Positions 43,382 to 53,682 of a stretch of 64,000 nt of DNA are shown piece by piece. Within the stretch, counting starts at the first letter, position 1. Each line of letters begins with the position of its first letter. The position numbers and the translations under genes are program-made. Origin of the DNA: an uncultured Chthonomonadaceae bacterium (lineage in GTDB: Bacteria > Armatimonadota > Chthonomonadetes > Chthonomonadales > CAJBBX01); the NCBI GenBank assembly GCA_964396385.1, contig CAYNFH010000004.1, positions 5,008 to 69,007 of the forward strand, read 5' to 3'. The notes beneath the pieces are model-generated. The model was not told the DNA's origin, searched no databases, and saw only the letters and a list, made by a program, of their open reading frames with translations.

Positions 43382-43690
43382 CTATCGGCCGCCCGACGTC
43401 ATGCCGTTGCCGCCCGAGGTCATGCCTGTTCCGCCGGACATCATCCCGCTGCCACCAGGCGTCATTCCACCGGAGGACATGGATCCCTGCATAGAGGCGG
43501 GACCGCCCTCCATGCCCATTGGAGGGCCGTTAGGCGGCGCCGGCCTCTGGAACGTGGTCGTCTTGTCCTCTACGCGATTACCAGATGAACCCATAAAGAG
43601 CTTATATCCTATTGCGACGATGATCAGCGCGATAACTACGACGATGCCGATGGCCGCCGGAGTGCCGATGCCGCTCTTGCCCTGGCCCAT
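43382..43690 (-). CDS. Small membrane-anchored Gly/Met-rich protein
   Basis: TM segment AAIGIVVVIALIIVAIGY, then a GGMTPGGSGMMSGGTGMTSGGNGMTSGG tail. Positional counterpart of 13586-13846. Confidence 0.55.
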   Translation of the reverse strand: MGQGKSGIGTPAAIGIVVVIALIIVAIGYKLFMGSSGNRVEDKTTTFQRPAPPNGPPMGMEGGPASMQGSMSSGGMTPGGSGMMSGGTGMTSGGNGMTSGGR

Positions 43691-43753
43691 TTTCTGTTCC
43701 TTTCCACTAGCGATGCCGTTCGGCGCAGTGCGCCGGCCGGTGTGAGATACCCC

Positions 43754-45283
43754 TTACTGGTCCAATGGATTTGCGCCGTGGACTTCCACGCTGGCGCCCT
43801 GGAGGCCGGGCTCGTCCTTGTGGGAGGCTACGTACTGCTTGAGCTTGCCAATGAGGCGGTCTGCGCGGGTCGGGTCCAGGCGGATGGCGGTGTTGTACTC
43901 TTCCGCCGCCGCCTTAGGCTGCCTATCGTAGAGGAGCGCCTCGCCGAGCGCCTCGTGCGCGTCCGGACTATGGGCGGCGCCCAGAACCGCCCTCCTGGCC
44001 AGGGGAACAGCCAGGTCCCCATGCCCGCCCGTCACCAGATCGTGCGCGGCGGCAGTGAGGACCGGCGCGGCGTCCAGCGGCTTGTGCATGGCCATGGAGT
44101 AGTGGTGAACGCAGCCATCCGCGTCGCCGTGATGCCCGAGCCAACGCGCCAACCGCAGCTTGGGCGCCGGGTCGTCCGGGGCCACGGTCACCGCCTGCAG
44201 CAGGCGGCTCTTCTCCGACATGGTGTTCTGCCGCTGCAGATATCGGCTTTGCCACAGGCCCGCCTCCAGCGGCTGCCGCAGCGCGCGAAAGAGCTGTGAG
44301 AGCGCCAGAGCCGGAGCGGGATCTTCGGGCGCCATTTCGGCCGCCTGCAGGAAGGGCTGAACGGCTGCTCCGGGCTGGTCGTTGTACATGCGCGCCCGGC
44401 CCAGGGTTTGGAAGGCAGCCGGATCCTTGCTGCCAAGCGCGATGGCCCGCTCGGCCTCCTGCGCGGCGCGGTCCCGGTCCTGGGGAGCGCGGGCCGTTTC
44501 CAGCAGCCAGGCGGCATACTCCTGATGCGCCACCGCGTTCCGGGGATCCAGGCGCAACGCTTCCCGGTACGCGGTGCCGACCTGATCCACCGGCTTCCTG
44601 GTGCGCGCGGAGATCGAGGCGTAGATGAGCTGGGCCTCTTTGCTGCCCGGCTCCAGCGCCACCGCCCGTGAGGCGGCCTGCCAGGCGCGGTCCATCTGGT
44701 TCAGACTTTGTGCCGCCCCTGCCAGGTAGAGATACGCCCTCGCGTTGCGAGGGTCCAGCGAGACCGTCTGGTCGAACTCTTCGCCGGCGCGCTTCATGGA
44801 TTGCTGGGTGAAGTAGAACTTGCCCAGAATGAAGTGCGCCGCGGCCAGATTTGGATGCGTGCCGGCGAACTCGCTCAGCTCGCCGAACGCAGCGGTGGTC
44901 TGACCGCTGCCGAGGAGCGCCTGCGCCCATTCGTCCCGCAGCCGTGCAGAGTCAGGGTCCAGTCCCACCGCCTGACGCAGGTATCCGTCCGCCTCCGCGA
45001 ACCGACGCTGCTGGTTGAGGCGCAGCCCGATGTAGTAGAGCGGAAGCGGGTCGTTCATACGAGGCTTGAGCCCGCGCTGGAGAGCGGCCAGATCCATGCG
45101 GGAGAGCCGCCACTCCTCGTAGACGGGGCTGTTCAGGACCCAGGAAGCGGATGCCGCCAGAAGCGCGAGGGCGCAGAGTGCCGTTGCCGCGCGAGGAGAA
45201 AGCCGCCCGCGGTCTACCTTCCGGACAACGGACGCGTTAAGAGGAGAGGCAGCCGGAGCTGCCTCTCGCGAGTGGAATGCCAT
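43754..45283 (-). CDS. TPR-repeat protein with an N-terminal membrane anchor (paralogue of 11654-13579)
   Basis: The N-terminal region aligns with the paralogue: LYYIGLRLNQQRRFAEADGYLRQAVGLDPDS against LYYLGRKLNRQQRFAEARPFLERAVGIDPDS. Confidence 0.8.
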   Translation of the reverse strand: MAFHSREAAPAASPLNASVVRKVDRGRLSPRAATALCALALLAASASWVLNSPVYEEWRLSRMDLAALQRGLKPRMNDPLPLYYIGLRLNQQRRFAEADGYLRQAVGLDPDSARLRDEWAQALLGSGQTTAAFGELSEFAGTHPNLAAAHFILGKFYFTQQSMKRAGEEFDQTVSLDPRNARAYLYLAGAAQSLNQMDRAWQAASRAVALEPGSKEAQLIYASISARTRKPVDQVGTAYREALRLDPRNAVAHQEYAAWLLETARAPQDRDRAAQEAERAIALGSKDPAAFQTLGRARMYNDQPGAAVQPFLQAAEMAPEDPAPALALSQLFRALRQPLEAGLWQSRYLQRQNTMSEKSRLLQAVTVAPDDPAPKLRLARWLGHHGDADGCVHHYSMAMHKPLDAAPVLTAAAHDLVTGGHGDLAVPLARRAVLGAAHSPDAHEALGEALLYDRQPKAAAEEYNTAIRLDPTRADRLIGKLKQYVASHKDEPGLQGASVEVHGANPLDQ

Positions 45284-45292
45284 AACGGATTT

Positions 45293-45370
45293 GGTAAATG
45301 GGTGAATGAGTAAATGGCTGTACCTTCCGGCATCCGGCGTACACCGATATACTCATTTACCCATTTACTC
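45293..45370. repeat. Intergenic hairpin repeat with AT-richer heptamer arms
   Basis: GGTAAATGGGTGAATGAGTAAATGG ... CCGGCATCCGG ... ACTCATTTACCCATTTACTC. Confidence 0.8.
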
Positions 45371-45372
45371 TC

Positions 45373-46260
45373 CTAATCGTGGCTGGTAATGATGTCCTGG
45401 GGCGTCCCCTGCTTGGCATTCATAAAGTTCGGGTCTAGGCTCTTGACGTGTCCGTCGAAGAAGCAAACGTTGGTTTTGCCGTGATGCCGACCGACCGGGC
45501 GCCGGGCCTCCGGGCGCGATTTGTCGTCCCAGAAGCAGTTCTTATCGTAGGGGGAGCCGAAGCACCAGTCCACGCTGAACCCCTCCTTCCAGACGCTGGG
45601 CTTGAACTGCCAGGGGCCGTTGCCCTTCCCATCGTGGAAGTGGGGATCCGCCTTGCCGTTGTAGGTGTACGCCGACCCGCCCATGCTGCTGGCATCCGCG
45701 TAGGCGGCCATGTTCGCGACCGCGCGGATGCTGGCCTGCTTCACGCCCTCGTTGCAGCCGGCGGTACCGTTCCAGCCGGGGCACATGTTGATGTTCTGGC
45801 CGTAGCTGGTGGGGCCGAAGGTGGCGTTGGTGGGCTGATCCGGACAGGAGAGCACATTCATATTGCCGTATCCGGCGGGGTTGTACCACGGCTCGCCTAC
45901 GTAGGTGCCGAAGAAGTTGCCGTTGCCGGAGGTCTCCCCGTTGCTGCCCGTGGCGGCGCCCAGCTTCTGGATGTAGGGCTGCAGGCAGACGCGCCACATG
46001 GTGGTGGAAGAGCGGGAGTGATCATTGGCGTCCCATCCCCAGCCGCAGGGATAGGTCTCATCGAAGTCCTGGAGGTACATATTGGTCGCCAGGCCTATCT
46101 GCTTGAGGTTGGATGTACAGGATGCGGCGCGGGCGGCCTCGCGAGCCTGCGCGAATACGGGGAACAGAATTGCCGCGAGGATAGCGATAATGGCGATTAC
46201 TACGAGCAGCTCGATCAGGGTAAAGCCTCGCCCTGAAGTGCGACGTTGCGGTCTCAACAT
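45373..46260 (-). CDS. Pseudopilin with a DUF1559 (H-X9-DG) domain
   Basis: [33 protein letters not shown] and C-terminal [21 protein letters not shown] before the ATG at 46258-46260. Confidence 0.85.
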   Translation of the reverse strand: MLRPQRRTSGRGFTLIELLVVIAIIAILAAILFPVFAQAREAARAASCTSNLKQIGLATNMYLQDFDETYPCGWGWDANDHSRSSTTMWRVCLQPYIQKLGAATGSNGETSGNGNFFGTYVGEPWYNPAGYGNMNVLSCPDQPTNATFGPTSYGQNINMCPGWNGTAGCNEGVKQASIRAVANMAAYADASSMGGSAYTYNGKADPHFHDGKGNGPWQFKPSVWKEGFSVDWCFGSPYDKNCFWDDKSRPEARRPVGRHHGKTNVCFFDGHVKSLDPNFMNAKQGTPQDIITSHD

Positions 46261-46492
46261 CTGGTTCTCCTCCCTGAAAGAAACAGCGAGACACTGTCCG
46301 GGGCTGTGACACTGGACTGCCGGCACGTTTCGGCTCCTGCCGGAAGCCGTTCATTGCCGGGCCTACAACTCAGGATAGTAGCAACTCCCACCCCCTTTGT
46401 CAAGAAGAATCTTAAACCACTTTAATTGCAGGTTCGCGATCCGCACCCGGTTTCTCCTGCCGTTTTGATTATGTTTCCAGATTGAATCCGAG

Positions 46493-46915
46493 CTATGAAG
46501 GGGAGTCGGGTAGCGGGCCGAGGGGAGGGATATCAGCGAAGGGCGGGAATAGGTCCGGGCGGGCGCGGCCGCCGCGATGGTAGGTGATGATCCGGTTGAC
46601 CTCCCCGGTTTCCTTGTCGTAGGCGAGCCAGACGCCTTCCTTGGTGCCGTCCGCTGAGTTGCCACGAATCGGGTTGTAGTAGCCCTCCCACTGCTTGTTG
46701 CCGTTCTCGTACCAGCAGGTGTAGAGGCCGGTATATTTGCCATCTACGAAGGTAGCCTTGCTCTTCTTGTTGCCGTTGGGCCAGTACTGGATCCAGCGTC
46801 CCTCCTTCTTGCCGGCGTGGTAGACGCCTTCGCTCATCTTGTTGCCGTTGGCGTAGTAGGAGACCCACGGCCCGTGCTTCTCCCCGTTCACGTACTCCCC
46901 GTCACGCATGTGCAT
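46493..46915 (-). CDS. MORN-variant repeat protein (YwqK-like)
   Basis: Repeated G.K.G.W..YY.NGNK units. Confidence 0.7.
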   Translation of the reverse strand: MHMRDGEYVNGEKHGPWVSYYANGNKMSEGVYHAGKKEGRWIQYWPNGNKKSKATFVDGKYTGLYTCWYENGNKQWEGYYNPIRGNSADGTKEGVWLAYDKETGEVNRIITYHRGGRARPDLFPPFADIPPLGPLPDSPS

Positions 46916-46933
46916 CCCTGTCAGCCAGTCCCA

Positions 46934-48529
46934 TTAGCGCTGAAGCCTTCTTCGGATCGAAGCGATCTCCTGGTCTAGCCGCTCGACGGGCTGATTCAGC
47001 TCAAACTTGAGTCCGGGCCGTGAGGAGGAGATTGCCTGCGCCGCCGCGTCGCAGACGCGAACATGGACCGTCCGTTCTCCACCGTTCTGTGTGAGCCGGT
47101 GATAGTCGCCCGGTATATCGCGCTTGTCTACAAGGAGGGGAGCGAGGATGCTTTCGCCCCATCGGGCGTTTGCCGCTTCCAGGGCGGAGCAGACGGTCCG
47201 GATTCTGCTGGGATTGCTCTGATTTATGTAGCTCACGAAGATCGGTCTCGCGTCTGCGCGCCAGTAGCTCGCCAGAGCGGTCAGAATAGTGTAAGCATCA
47301 TAGTACTCAGCGCCCGTTGACGGCTTGTTCGACTCGAGTACCGTTTCGATGCACGGAGCGAGCGCGGACCGGAAGGATGGCCCCACGCCACGTAAAGCCG
47401 CCGCCATGATTTCGGGATCGCTGGTGCGCCGGACTATGCACCGCATCTCCGACTGGATGCGGGGGTCGGGACACCAGGAGACGGCTTTGATGAAATTGTC
47501 CGTCCGGACCCCGCTCGCCAGTTCAGGATTTTCCCACACCGTCATCTGTCCATTTCTTACCAGGACTCCTCCGGCGGGACCAGTGCCGTCGGGGCGCAGG
47601 GAATGGAGTCTTGTGGCAATGAAGGCAGCAGTCTCTTTCGGGAAGTAGTACAAGAGGCGCAGTGCCGCCTCGCACTGCAGCCGGCTGCCAATATCCCAGG
47701 CATCCAACGAGTAGCCGCTATACACGCCCCGGCAGGAGTAGTCGGTCAGGAGCGAGCGCAAGACGAGGGCAGTGGGTGTGCTGCTCGTCCAAGTCTCCGT
47801 CACCATCCGGGCCAAGCTCGGATCCGCTACCGGGCTGTTGATGACGATGATTGCCGTGGGCTGGTAGCGGACGGCAAGGTACCGGCGTCCCACGATCTGC
47901 CCGATCGCGTTGAAGCAGACATCGCCGACTTTCACCTGGTAGGAGGTTAGCGGGTGCTTAAACAGATCCGACTCGTAGTCGCGTCCCCTCGAACGTAGTC
48001 TCTGCTCCAACGGATTCGCCTCGTTGAAGTCCAGCTCGTCGGCAAGGCCCATACCCCCGATACCGAACTCGTGCTTGATCGTAAGCTTGGTCGGCGTTGG
48101 GTCATCAAGGTGTTTCAGGAGGAGCGGCAAGGCGCGCGGTCCGATCTTCACAAGCTTTACCAGCGCGCTGGACTGCTTCAGATTGTGTGCAGTGAGCAGC
48201 ATCGCGTCGATGTGGTCGGAGTTTGGCACCGGGGCAAAACTGAACCCGGTCATCGTGGGCGAAAGGCCGTAGTCCGGGTTCGCAATGTCCGCTAGCCGGG
48301 CGATCAGAGCCTCAACGTAGCGCTCTTCATCTTGGGTGAGCGGATGCTCGGGGGGAGCCGGTATACGCAGCAGAGGCTGCAACCGAACCCTCGGCCGGAT
48401 TCCTTCTGTGCACCCCGTTTCAAGCCCGCCCGTGCTTTGCAGAGGTGGATACAGCCTATCCGGGCGCGCAATGGCCGCGGTCGGTATGCACAACGCCAGA
48501 AGGAGGCAGAAAAGCGGCTTTGCCTTCAT
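46934..48529 (-). CDS. Secreted hypothetical protein (531 aa)
   Basis: Signal peptide MKAKPLFCLLLALCIPTAAIA. Lower GC than the backbone. No motif recognised. Confidence 0.6.
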   Translation of the reverse strand: MKAKPLFCLLLALCIPTAAIARPDRLYPPLQSTGGLETGCTEGIRPRVRLQPLLRIPAPPEHPLTQDEERYVEALIARLADIANPDYGLSPTMTGFSFAPVPNSDHIDAMLLTAHNLKQSSALVKLVKIGPRALPLLLKHLDDPTPTKLTIKHEFGIGGMGLADELDFNEANPLEQRLRSRGRDYESDLFKHPLTSYQVKVGDVCFNAIGQIVGRRYLAVRYQPTAIIVINSPVADPSLARMVTETWTSSTPTALVLRSLLTDYSCRGVYSGYSLDAWDIGSRLQCEAALRLLYYFPKETAAFIATRLHSLRPDGTGPAGGVLVRNGQMTVWENPELASGVRTDNFIKAVSWCPDPRIQSEMRCIVRRTSDPEIMAAALRGVGPSFRSALAPCIETVLESNKPSTGAEYYDAYTILTALASYWRADARPIFVSYINQSNPSRIRTVCSALEAANARWGESILAPLLVDKRDIPGDYHRLTQNGGERTVHVRVCDAAAQAISSSRPGLKFELNQPVERLDQEIASIRRRLQR

Positions 48530-48589
48530 GTGGACATTCCCGGGCAGGACCTTGCCGTTAGACGGCGGCAGATTCAGATGCTTTACGCA

Positions 48590-49429
48590 TTACACATGCT
48601 CGTGGGGGCGGAGTAAGGCGAAGCTGTTATCCGAGCCGGCATTCAGCGCCGGCTGGAGCAGGGAATCGCGATCGTGGAGCGCCGAAGCGGCGCGCAGAAG
48701 GATCTCCCGGTGACGGTCCTGCTCCGCTCGGGCCTGCAAGATGGATAGGCAGTTCTGGGCCGCCAGCCGCACCTCCCGGCTATCGCGGGCGATGCCACTG
48801 CCCTCGGCCAGAACCCGGACCGCGGCCACGGCGCGGCCATCGCCGACCCGCTTCAGAGCCGTGAGCGCCGCCAGCACCACGGCCAGCTTCCTGGCTCTGG
48901 TCATGGCCGCCAGGCAGTCCCGGTCGCTTTCCGTGAGGAGATGAGCGTCGGCCTCCTGGAGCTGAGGTAGCAGACGTAAGAGCGGCTCCTCGACAATGGC
49001 GCGGACATCTCTCAGGCTCCAGCATTGGAGCAGGGGACCGACCGCGCGCTTATCGGCTACCGTGGCGAGGAGGCGTGCGGCCGGGTTGTGGAGCGTCGCG
49101 AACCACAAAACCATACTGGGAAGTATGAAGAAGCTTGTCCAGATCCAGTAGATCTCGTATTTTCTGTACGTGGAGTACCAAAAGGTCATCACGATGAGCT
49201 TGGCACCGATACCTAACAGAATGAGTGCAAGCAGGGACCAGTAGATGTGGCAGGCGCGCCGACGCTTCCTGGCCGCCATCCGCAGCAGGTCCATCAGCTC
49301 TGCGATGGCTTCCGGGCCCATGCCGCGGAGCTCCTGCTCGGATTCCTCCTGCCTCCCTCCAGCCGTACTCTCGGCCCGCTTGAGAAGCCGGACAATCTCG
49401 TTTCGCAAACTCGCAGTGCCTGACTTCAT
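48590..49429 (-). CDS. Membrane protein with a HEAT-like C-terminal repeat region
   Basis: Two central TM segments. DKRAVGPLL and GDGRAVAAVRVLAEG are HEAT/PBS-lyase-type repeats. Confidence 0.55.
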   Translation of the reverse strand: MKSGTASLRNEIVRLLKRAESTAGGRQEESEQELRGMGPEAIAELMDLLRMAARKRRRACHIYWSLLALILLGIGAKLIVMTFWYSTYRKYEIYWIWTSFFILPSMVLWFATLHNPAARLLATVADKRAVGPLLQCWSLRDVRAIVEEPLLRLLPQLQEADAHLLTESDRDCLAAMTRARKLAVVLAALTALKRVGDGRAVAAVRVLAEGSGIARDSREVRLAAQNCLSILQARAEQDRHREILLRAASALHDRDSLLQPALNAGSDNSFALLRPHEHV

Positions 49430-49538
49430 GTAGGCTAACTCGCTCGATCCGCGCGCAGAATCCTTCTGCGCCGGCAGTGTGGTATTACTGGAAGAGGTGA
49501 ATGTGGCAGCTAGAGTCTGAGGCGCCGAAGACCCCTCG

Positions 49539-49637
49539 CCGGGCTGAAACCCCGGCGCTATTGAAAGAGAACCCGGCTGAAGCCGGCTCCGCAGCCCGCC
49601 AGGGGTTTCCCTTCAATAGCACCGGGGTTTAGCCCGG
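49539..49637. repeat. Approximately 100-bp palindromic (REP/MITE-like) element
   Basis: CCGGGCTGAAACCCCGGCGCTATTGAAAG pairs with CTTCAATAGCACCGGGGTTTAGCCCGG as a near-perfect inverted repeat around an approximately 43-nt GC-rich centre. Confidence 0.75.
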
Positions 49638-49675
49638 TGCGCCGCAGGAACGCAAATGCCACTCCGCCCTGGCAC

Positions 49676-52231
49676 TTAAGGCGCTACACTGAACTTGAGG
49701 CCGGTGGCGGGGGTGCCGTCGGGATTCGCGAAGCGCGCTACGGCCCCCCAGCCCTGGTTGTTCTGCGTCACCTTCAGCAGCAGCCGGTTCCAGCCGGCGT
49801 TGGCATGGACCTTCACCTTCTCCTGGCCGGGCGCAACAGCCCGGGCCGTGTTGTCCGCCGCCACCACCTCGCCGTTCCACCACGCCTTCACGCCATCGTC
49901 GCTGCCCAGCTCCAGCGTGAGGTCCCGCGCCGTCTCCGACCACACGTTGGTGCGCAGGTAGGCCACGCGCTGCTCTCCGCCCAGCGCCGCCAGCAGGTCC
50001 AGCAGCCACGGCTGGTCCGGCGAGCCGCCGACGGGAAGCAGCTTCCAGGGAACCTCCTTCTCATGCTCCGGCTGCTCCGGCGGGAAGGAGATGTCGAACA
50101 GCTTGCGGTAGTCCGCCCCTTGCTGCTGGTAGGCCGGCGAGTACTCCCACGCCATCACGTAATCGCCGAACTTCGGCAGCACGGCGAGCAGCGCCCCGGC
50201 CTTCTTGCGGGCGTCATCGGTGGTGCCGTTGGCGGCAATGGGTTCCAGCGCGGCCCGCGACTTCTCCGGCCAGGCGCCCAGCGTGGACTGCGCGATCTCC
50301 ACCACTGCCGCCTCCGCCTCCGGGCGTACCTCGTTATCGGCCAGGAAGCCGGAGGCTGCCTGAAGCGCCCCCAGCGAATGGACCTTCTCCAGACCGGAAA
50401 GGATGAGCCGCCGCTCCTCCGGCAGCTTCGCCAGGGAGCCTGCGGACTGGTAGAGCGCCAGGGCCTGGTCCGCCGGCCGCTGCTCATTGAGGCCGATCAT
50501 CCGGATGTAGCCGCGCAGCGCGATGGTCCGCTCTTTGGCGTCCTGCGAGGAGCGCACGATACGGAGCAGGTCGTCCATGGGAGCGTCGGACTGCCACTCG
50601 GCTAATAGCCGGAGCGACGCGGCCTTCACCTCCGGGTGCAGGTCCGCCAGGCCCTGGCGCAGCGCCTCCAGGGCGTTCGGGCCGCCCACCTGCGCGAGCA
50701 CAGCCAGTAGGTCGACTCGGTCGGCCGGATCCTTGGCGGCGCTCTCTTTCTGCAGCAGCGCGCCGGTCCGCTGCGACTCGTCGGCGCCCCGCCGCGCGAC
50801 CTCGGCGGCAGTTTCGATGGCCTCGTCCCGCTCCCCGGCGGGCCGTGAAAGCAGCAGGTCCAGGATGGCCGGCAGGTCGCCCGGCGAGGCGGTGTCCCGC
50901 AGGACCTGGAGCGCCGCCGCGCTTACCTCCGGCTGGGTGCTCCCCGCCTCCTTCAGGAGCGTCGGTACCGCGCCGGGCGCGCCGCGGTCACCCAGCGCCT
51001 GAATGGCGGCTACCTGAGCTGGCGGTTGCTGCGATTCCAACGCTGCCAAGAGCTTTGCGTCTACTCCTCGTCCCCTCAGCTCCGCCAAGCTCGCGCGCGC
51101 GGCGGCCTTCTCCTCCAGCGATCCCGCAGCGGCCGCGTTCAGCAGGGCCGGCACATCCTCCGCGCCCCCAACTGAACCTAACGCCCGGTAGGCGGCCAGG
51201 CGCACTGCGCTTAGCTTGCTCCCAGCGGCTGCGAGCGCGGCCGGCTCAGCGCGCGGGTCGCCGCGGTCCGCAAGTGCCGTGAGCAGGAGCGCCGTCCCCC
51301 GCTCGGAGAGCTTTGGCAAGACGTACGCGGCGCCCGCCATGATCTGCTGAATCGGCAGTTCGTAGAGGAGCGCGGCTGCCGCCTTCTGGCGAGGAGTGCC
51401 GTCCTCGCCGAGCGCCGCAAATAGGGGACCCATGCCCTGATCTCCCTGCGCCAGTACCAGCCCCCGCAGCGCGGCGGCCCGCAATACAGGCGGCGCACTG
51501 TCGGCGCTCAGGAGCGTGTAGATAGCTACGGCACGAGCGGAATCTCCGGCGGCCTGCCGGCGCGCCGCCCAGGCGGCCAGCGCATGGCCCAGCATCAATC
51601 GCCGCTCCCCGCTCGCGGCCGTGTAAGCCTGCTTCAGCGGGGTGACCGTTGCCGGGGCAGCCAGCCTGGCCAGCCCTGCCGCCGCATCCTGCGCCTCGTT
51701 CGTGTCACTCGAATTCAGGGCTGCCGTCAGCGAGGGAATCACCCTCGCGTCTCCTCGGTCCGCCAGGGTGTCCGCTATCTCCACGCGGGAAAGTCCGGTG
51801 GCGTGCGGTAGTGCCGCAAGGAGCGCCTCGTTCACCGTGTTGCCTGGAATCCGAGCCAGGACCATGAGGGCACAGTGGGAGAGCTGCGCCTCGCCGAGCA
51901 GACCGGCCAAGACGGGAATCTGCTCGTCCGACGCGATGTAAACGAGCTCCCTGCAAACGAACTGTTTGGCGTCGAACGGCGCATCGGACTTCAGCACCTC
52001 CGCCAGCGCGCGCGCCACTTCCGGGCGCTTCGTTGGGTCCAGCCGAGCCTCCGCCACCCATTTGGCCGCGGCATCGAGCGCGCTCGCATCACCCCCGAAG
52101 CGATATGCTTCCACCCGCTGCACCAGGTCAACCGGCCTATCCTGGGCGGCGGGAATCGCGCAGCAGAAAGCAAGGAGGACCACGGACAGGACGACGGAGG
52201 ACGGGAGACGGAAGACGGACGGAGTTTTCAT
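49676..52231 (-). CDS. Secreted HEAT-repeat protein with a C-terminal lectin/jelly-roll-like domain
   Basis: Signal peptide and many HEAT-like A-rich repeats. C-terminal LELGSDDGVKAWWNGEVV...GWNRLLLKV. Its ATG overlaps the stop of the upstream oxidoreductase gene. Confidence 0.75.
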   Translation of the reverse strand: MKTPSVFRLPSSVVLSVVLLAFCCAIPAAQDRPVDLVQRVEAYRFGGDASALDAAAKWVAEARLDPTKRPEVARALAEVLKSDAPFDAKQFVCRELVYIASDEQIPVLAGLLGEAQLSHCALMVLARIPGNTVNEALLAALPHATGLSRVEIADTLADRGDARVIPSLTAALNSSDTNEAQDAAAGLARLAAPATVTPLKQAYTAASGERRLMLGHALAAWAARRQAAGDSARAVAIYTLLSADSAPPVLRAAALRGLVLAQGDQGMGPLFAALGEDGTPRQKAAAALLYELPIQQIMAGAAYVLPKLSERGTALLLTALADRGDPRAEPAALAAAGSKLSAVRLAAYRALGSVGGAEDVPALLNAAAAGSLEEKAAARASLAELRGRGVDAKLLAALESQQPPAQVAAIQALGDRGAPGAVPTLLKEAGSTQPEVSAAALQVLRDTASPGDLPAILDLLLSRPAGERDEAIETAAEVARRGADESQRTGALLQKESAAKDPADRVDLLAVLAQVGGPNALEALRQGLADLHPEVKAASLRLLAEWQSDAPMDDLLRIVRSSQDAKERTIALRGYIRMIGLNEQRPADQALALYQSAGSLAKLPEERRLILSGLEKVHSLGALQAASGFLADNEVRPEAEAAVVEIAQSTLGAWPEKSRAALEPIAANGTTDDARKKAGALLAVLPKFGDYVMAWEYSPAYQQQGADYRKLFDISFPPEQPEHEKEVPWKLLPVGGSPDQPWLLDLLAALGGEQRVAYLRTNVWSETARDLTLELGSDDGVKAWWNGEVVAADNTARAVAPGQEKVKVHANAGWNRLLLKVTQNNQGWGAVARFANPDGTPATGLKFSVAP
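52174..52224. repeat. Heptamer element (GGAGGAC/CGGAAGA type) encoding the signal-peptide region of the HEAT protein
   Basis: GGAGGAC CACGGAC AGGACGA CGGAGGA CGGGAGA CGGAAGA CGGACGG. Confidence 0.7.
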
Positions 52232-53532
52232 GACACACCCCACGGCGCGCGGAGGCGGCGGGCGAAGAGACGGTCGGCGTCAGGGTCGTCCACGAACCGC
52301 TCGTGCTCCGGGTCCCACTTCACGGGCCGGCCCAGCTCATAGGCGATGTTGCCCAGGTGGCACACGGTGATGGAGCGCGTCCCCACCCCGATGGGAGCGC
52401 TCACCGCGCCGCGGGTCTTGACCGCATTGATAAAGTCTGTGTGGTGGTTGTCCGCCGCGTGCAGGTGGATCTCGTCCGGCCGGATCTTCTGGTGTTTGAG
52501 GCTCTCCGGCCAGGTCTGCAGGTCGTACCGCCAGACGGCGACTTTCCCCTTCGTGCCGATGAACATTACGCCGTTGTCCTGACCGGATTCGCGCGCCAGC
52601 CGCTCCGGGTCCCGCATCACCAGCGCGCCGCTGGCGTAGCGGTAGGTGAGCACGGGCACGTCCTTGCCGTTGGGCGGGGCTATCTCCACGGGGCCGCTGT
52701 TGTCCATGCCGAGGCCCCACTGCGCGATGTCGAAGTGGTGCGCGCCCCAGTTGGTCATCTCCCCGCCGGAGAAGTCCCGGTAGGCCATCCAGCCGCCCAC
52801 CATATCCGCGTTGTAGGGCCGCCACGGTGGAGGTCCCAGCCACATGTCGTAGTCGAGCCAGTCCGGCACGGGCTGCGCCGGCAGCCGGCAGTCCCTGTAG
52901 GCCACCGGTCCGCCTACGCCCACCAGCACCTCCTTCACGTCCCCGATGTAGCCGTTGCGGACCAGCTCGCAGGCGAACCGGAAGGCGTAGCTGGAGCGCT
53001 GCTGAGTGCCCATCTCGAAGACGATGCCGTACCGGCGCACTACGTCGCGCACGGCCAGGGCCTCCTGGATGGTGACGGAGAGGGGCTTCTCCGAATAGAC
53101 GTCCTTGCCCGCGCGGGCGGCGGCCATAGTGATGTGCGGGTGCCAGCGCTCGCCCGTGGCGATGAGCACGGCATCCACGTCCGGCCGGGCCAGTACCTCC
53201 CGGAAGTCCCGATAGAGCGCGCAGCCGTTACTGCCGTACCGCTGGTTCACCAGGTTGCGGGCGTTCCCAGCGCGCTTCGCGTTCACGTCACAGACGGCCA
53301 CCACCTGCACGTCGTCCCGCCCGGTCATGCCGCCGGCCTGCGTCCAGATGCCGCCCACCACGTGCTGCGTTCCCTGGCCTCCCACGCCGATGTGCGCCAG
53401 GACCACGCGGTTGCTGGGCGCGACCTTGCCGCCGCGGCCGAGCGCGCTGGCCGGAACCACATACGGAAACGCGACGGCGGCTGCGGCGGCGCCTTTGAGG
53501 AATGCGCGGCGGGAGATGGTTGGAGAATTCAT
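52228..53532 (-). CDS. Gfo/Idh/MocA-family oxidoreductase with a TAT signal
   Basis: SRRAFLKGAAAAAV TAT motif. HIGVGGQG Rossmann start and the EKPLS motif. Confidence 0.9.
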   Translation of the reverse strand: MNSPTISRRAFLKGAAAAAVAFPYVVPASALGRGGKVAPSNRVVLAHIGVGGQGTQHVVGGIWTQAGGMTGRDDVQVVAVCDVNAKRAGNARNLVNQRYGSNGCALYRDFREVLARPDVDAVLIATGERWHPHITMAAARAGKDVYSEKPLSVTIQEALAVRDVVRRYGIVFEMGTQQRSSYAFRFACELVRNGYIGDVKEVLVGVGGPVAYRDCRLPAQPVPDWLDYDMWLGPPPWRPYNADMVGGWMAYRDFSGGEMTNWGAHHFDIAQWGLGMDNSGPVEIAPPNGKDVPVLTYRYASGALVMRDPERLARESGQDNGVMFIGTKGKVAVWRYDLQTWPESLKHQKIRPDEIHLHAADNHHTDFINAVKTRGAVSAPIGVGTRSITVCHLGNIAYELGRPVKWDPEHERFVDDPDADRLFARRLRAPWGVS

Positions 53533-53682
53533 GCGGGTCTCCTCAAACTTGAGGCTGGATATGCAGGAAGATTCGTGATGCGATGCTCTGTTGCCTCCCT
53601 GGCGGTAGGGTTATGATCCGGCGTGCCGAAGGAGGTAAGGAGGCCGGCGAAGGCCACAGACTGGACGAGAGGAGTCACTGTC

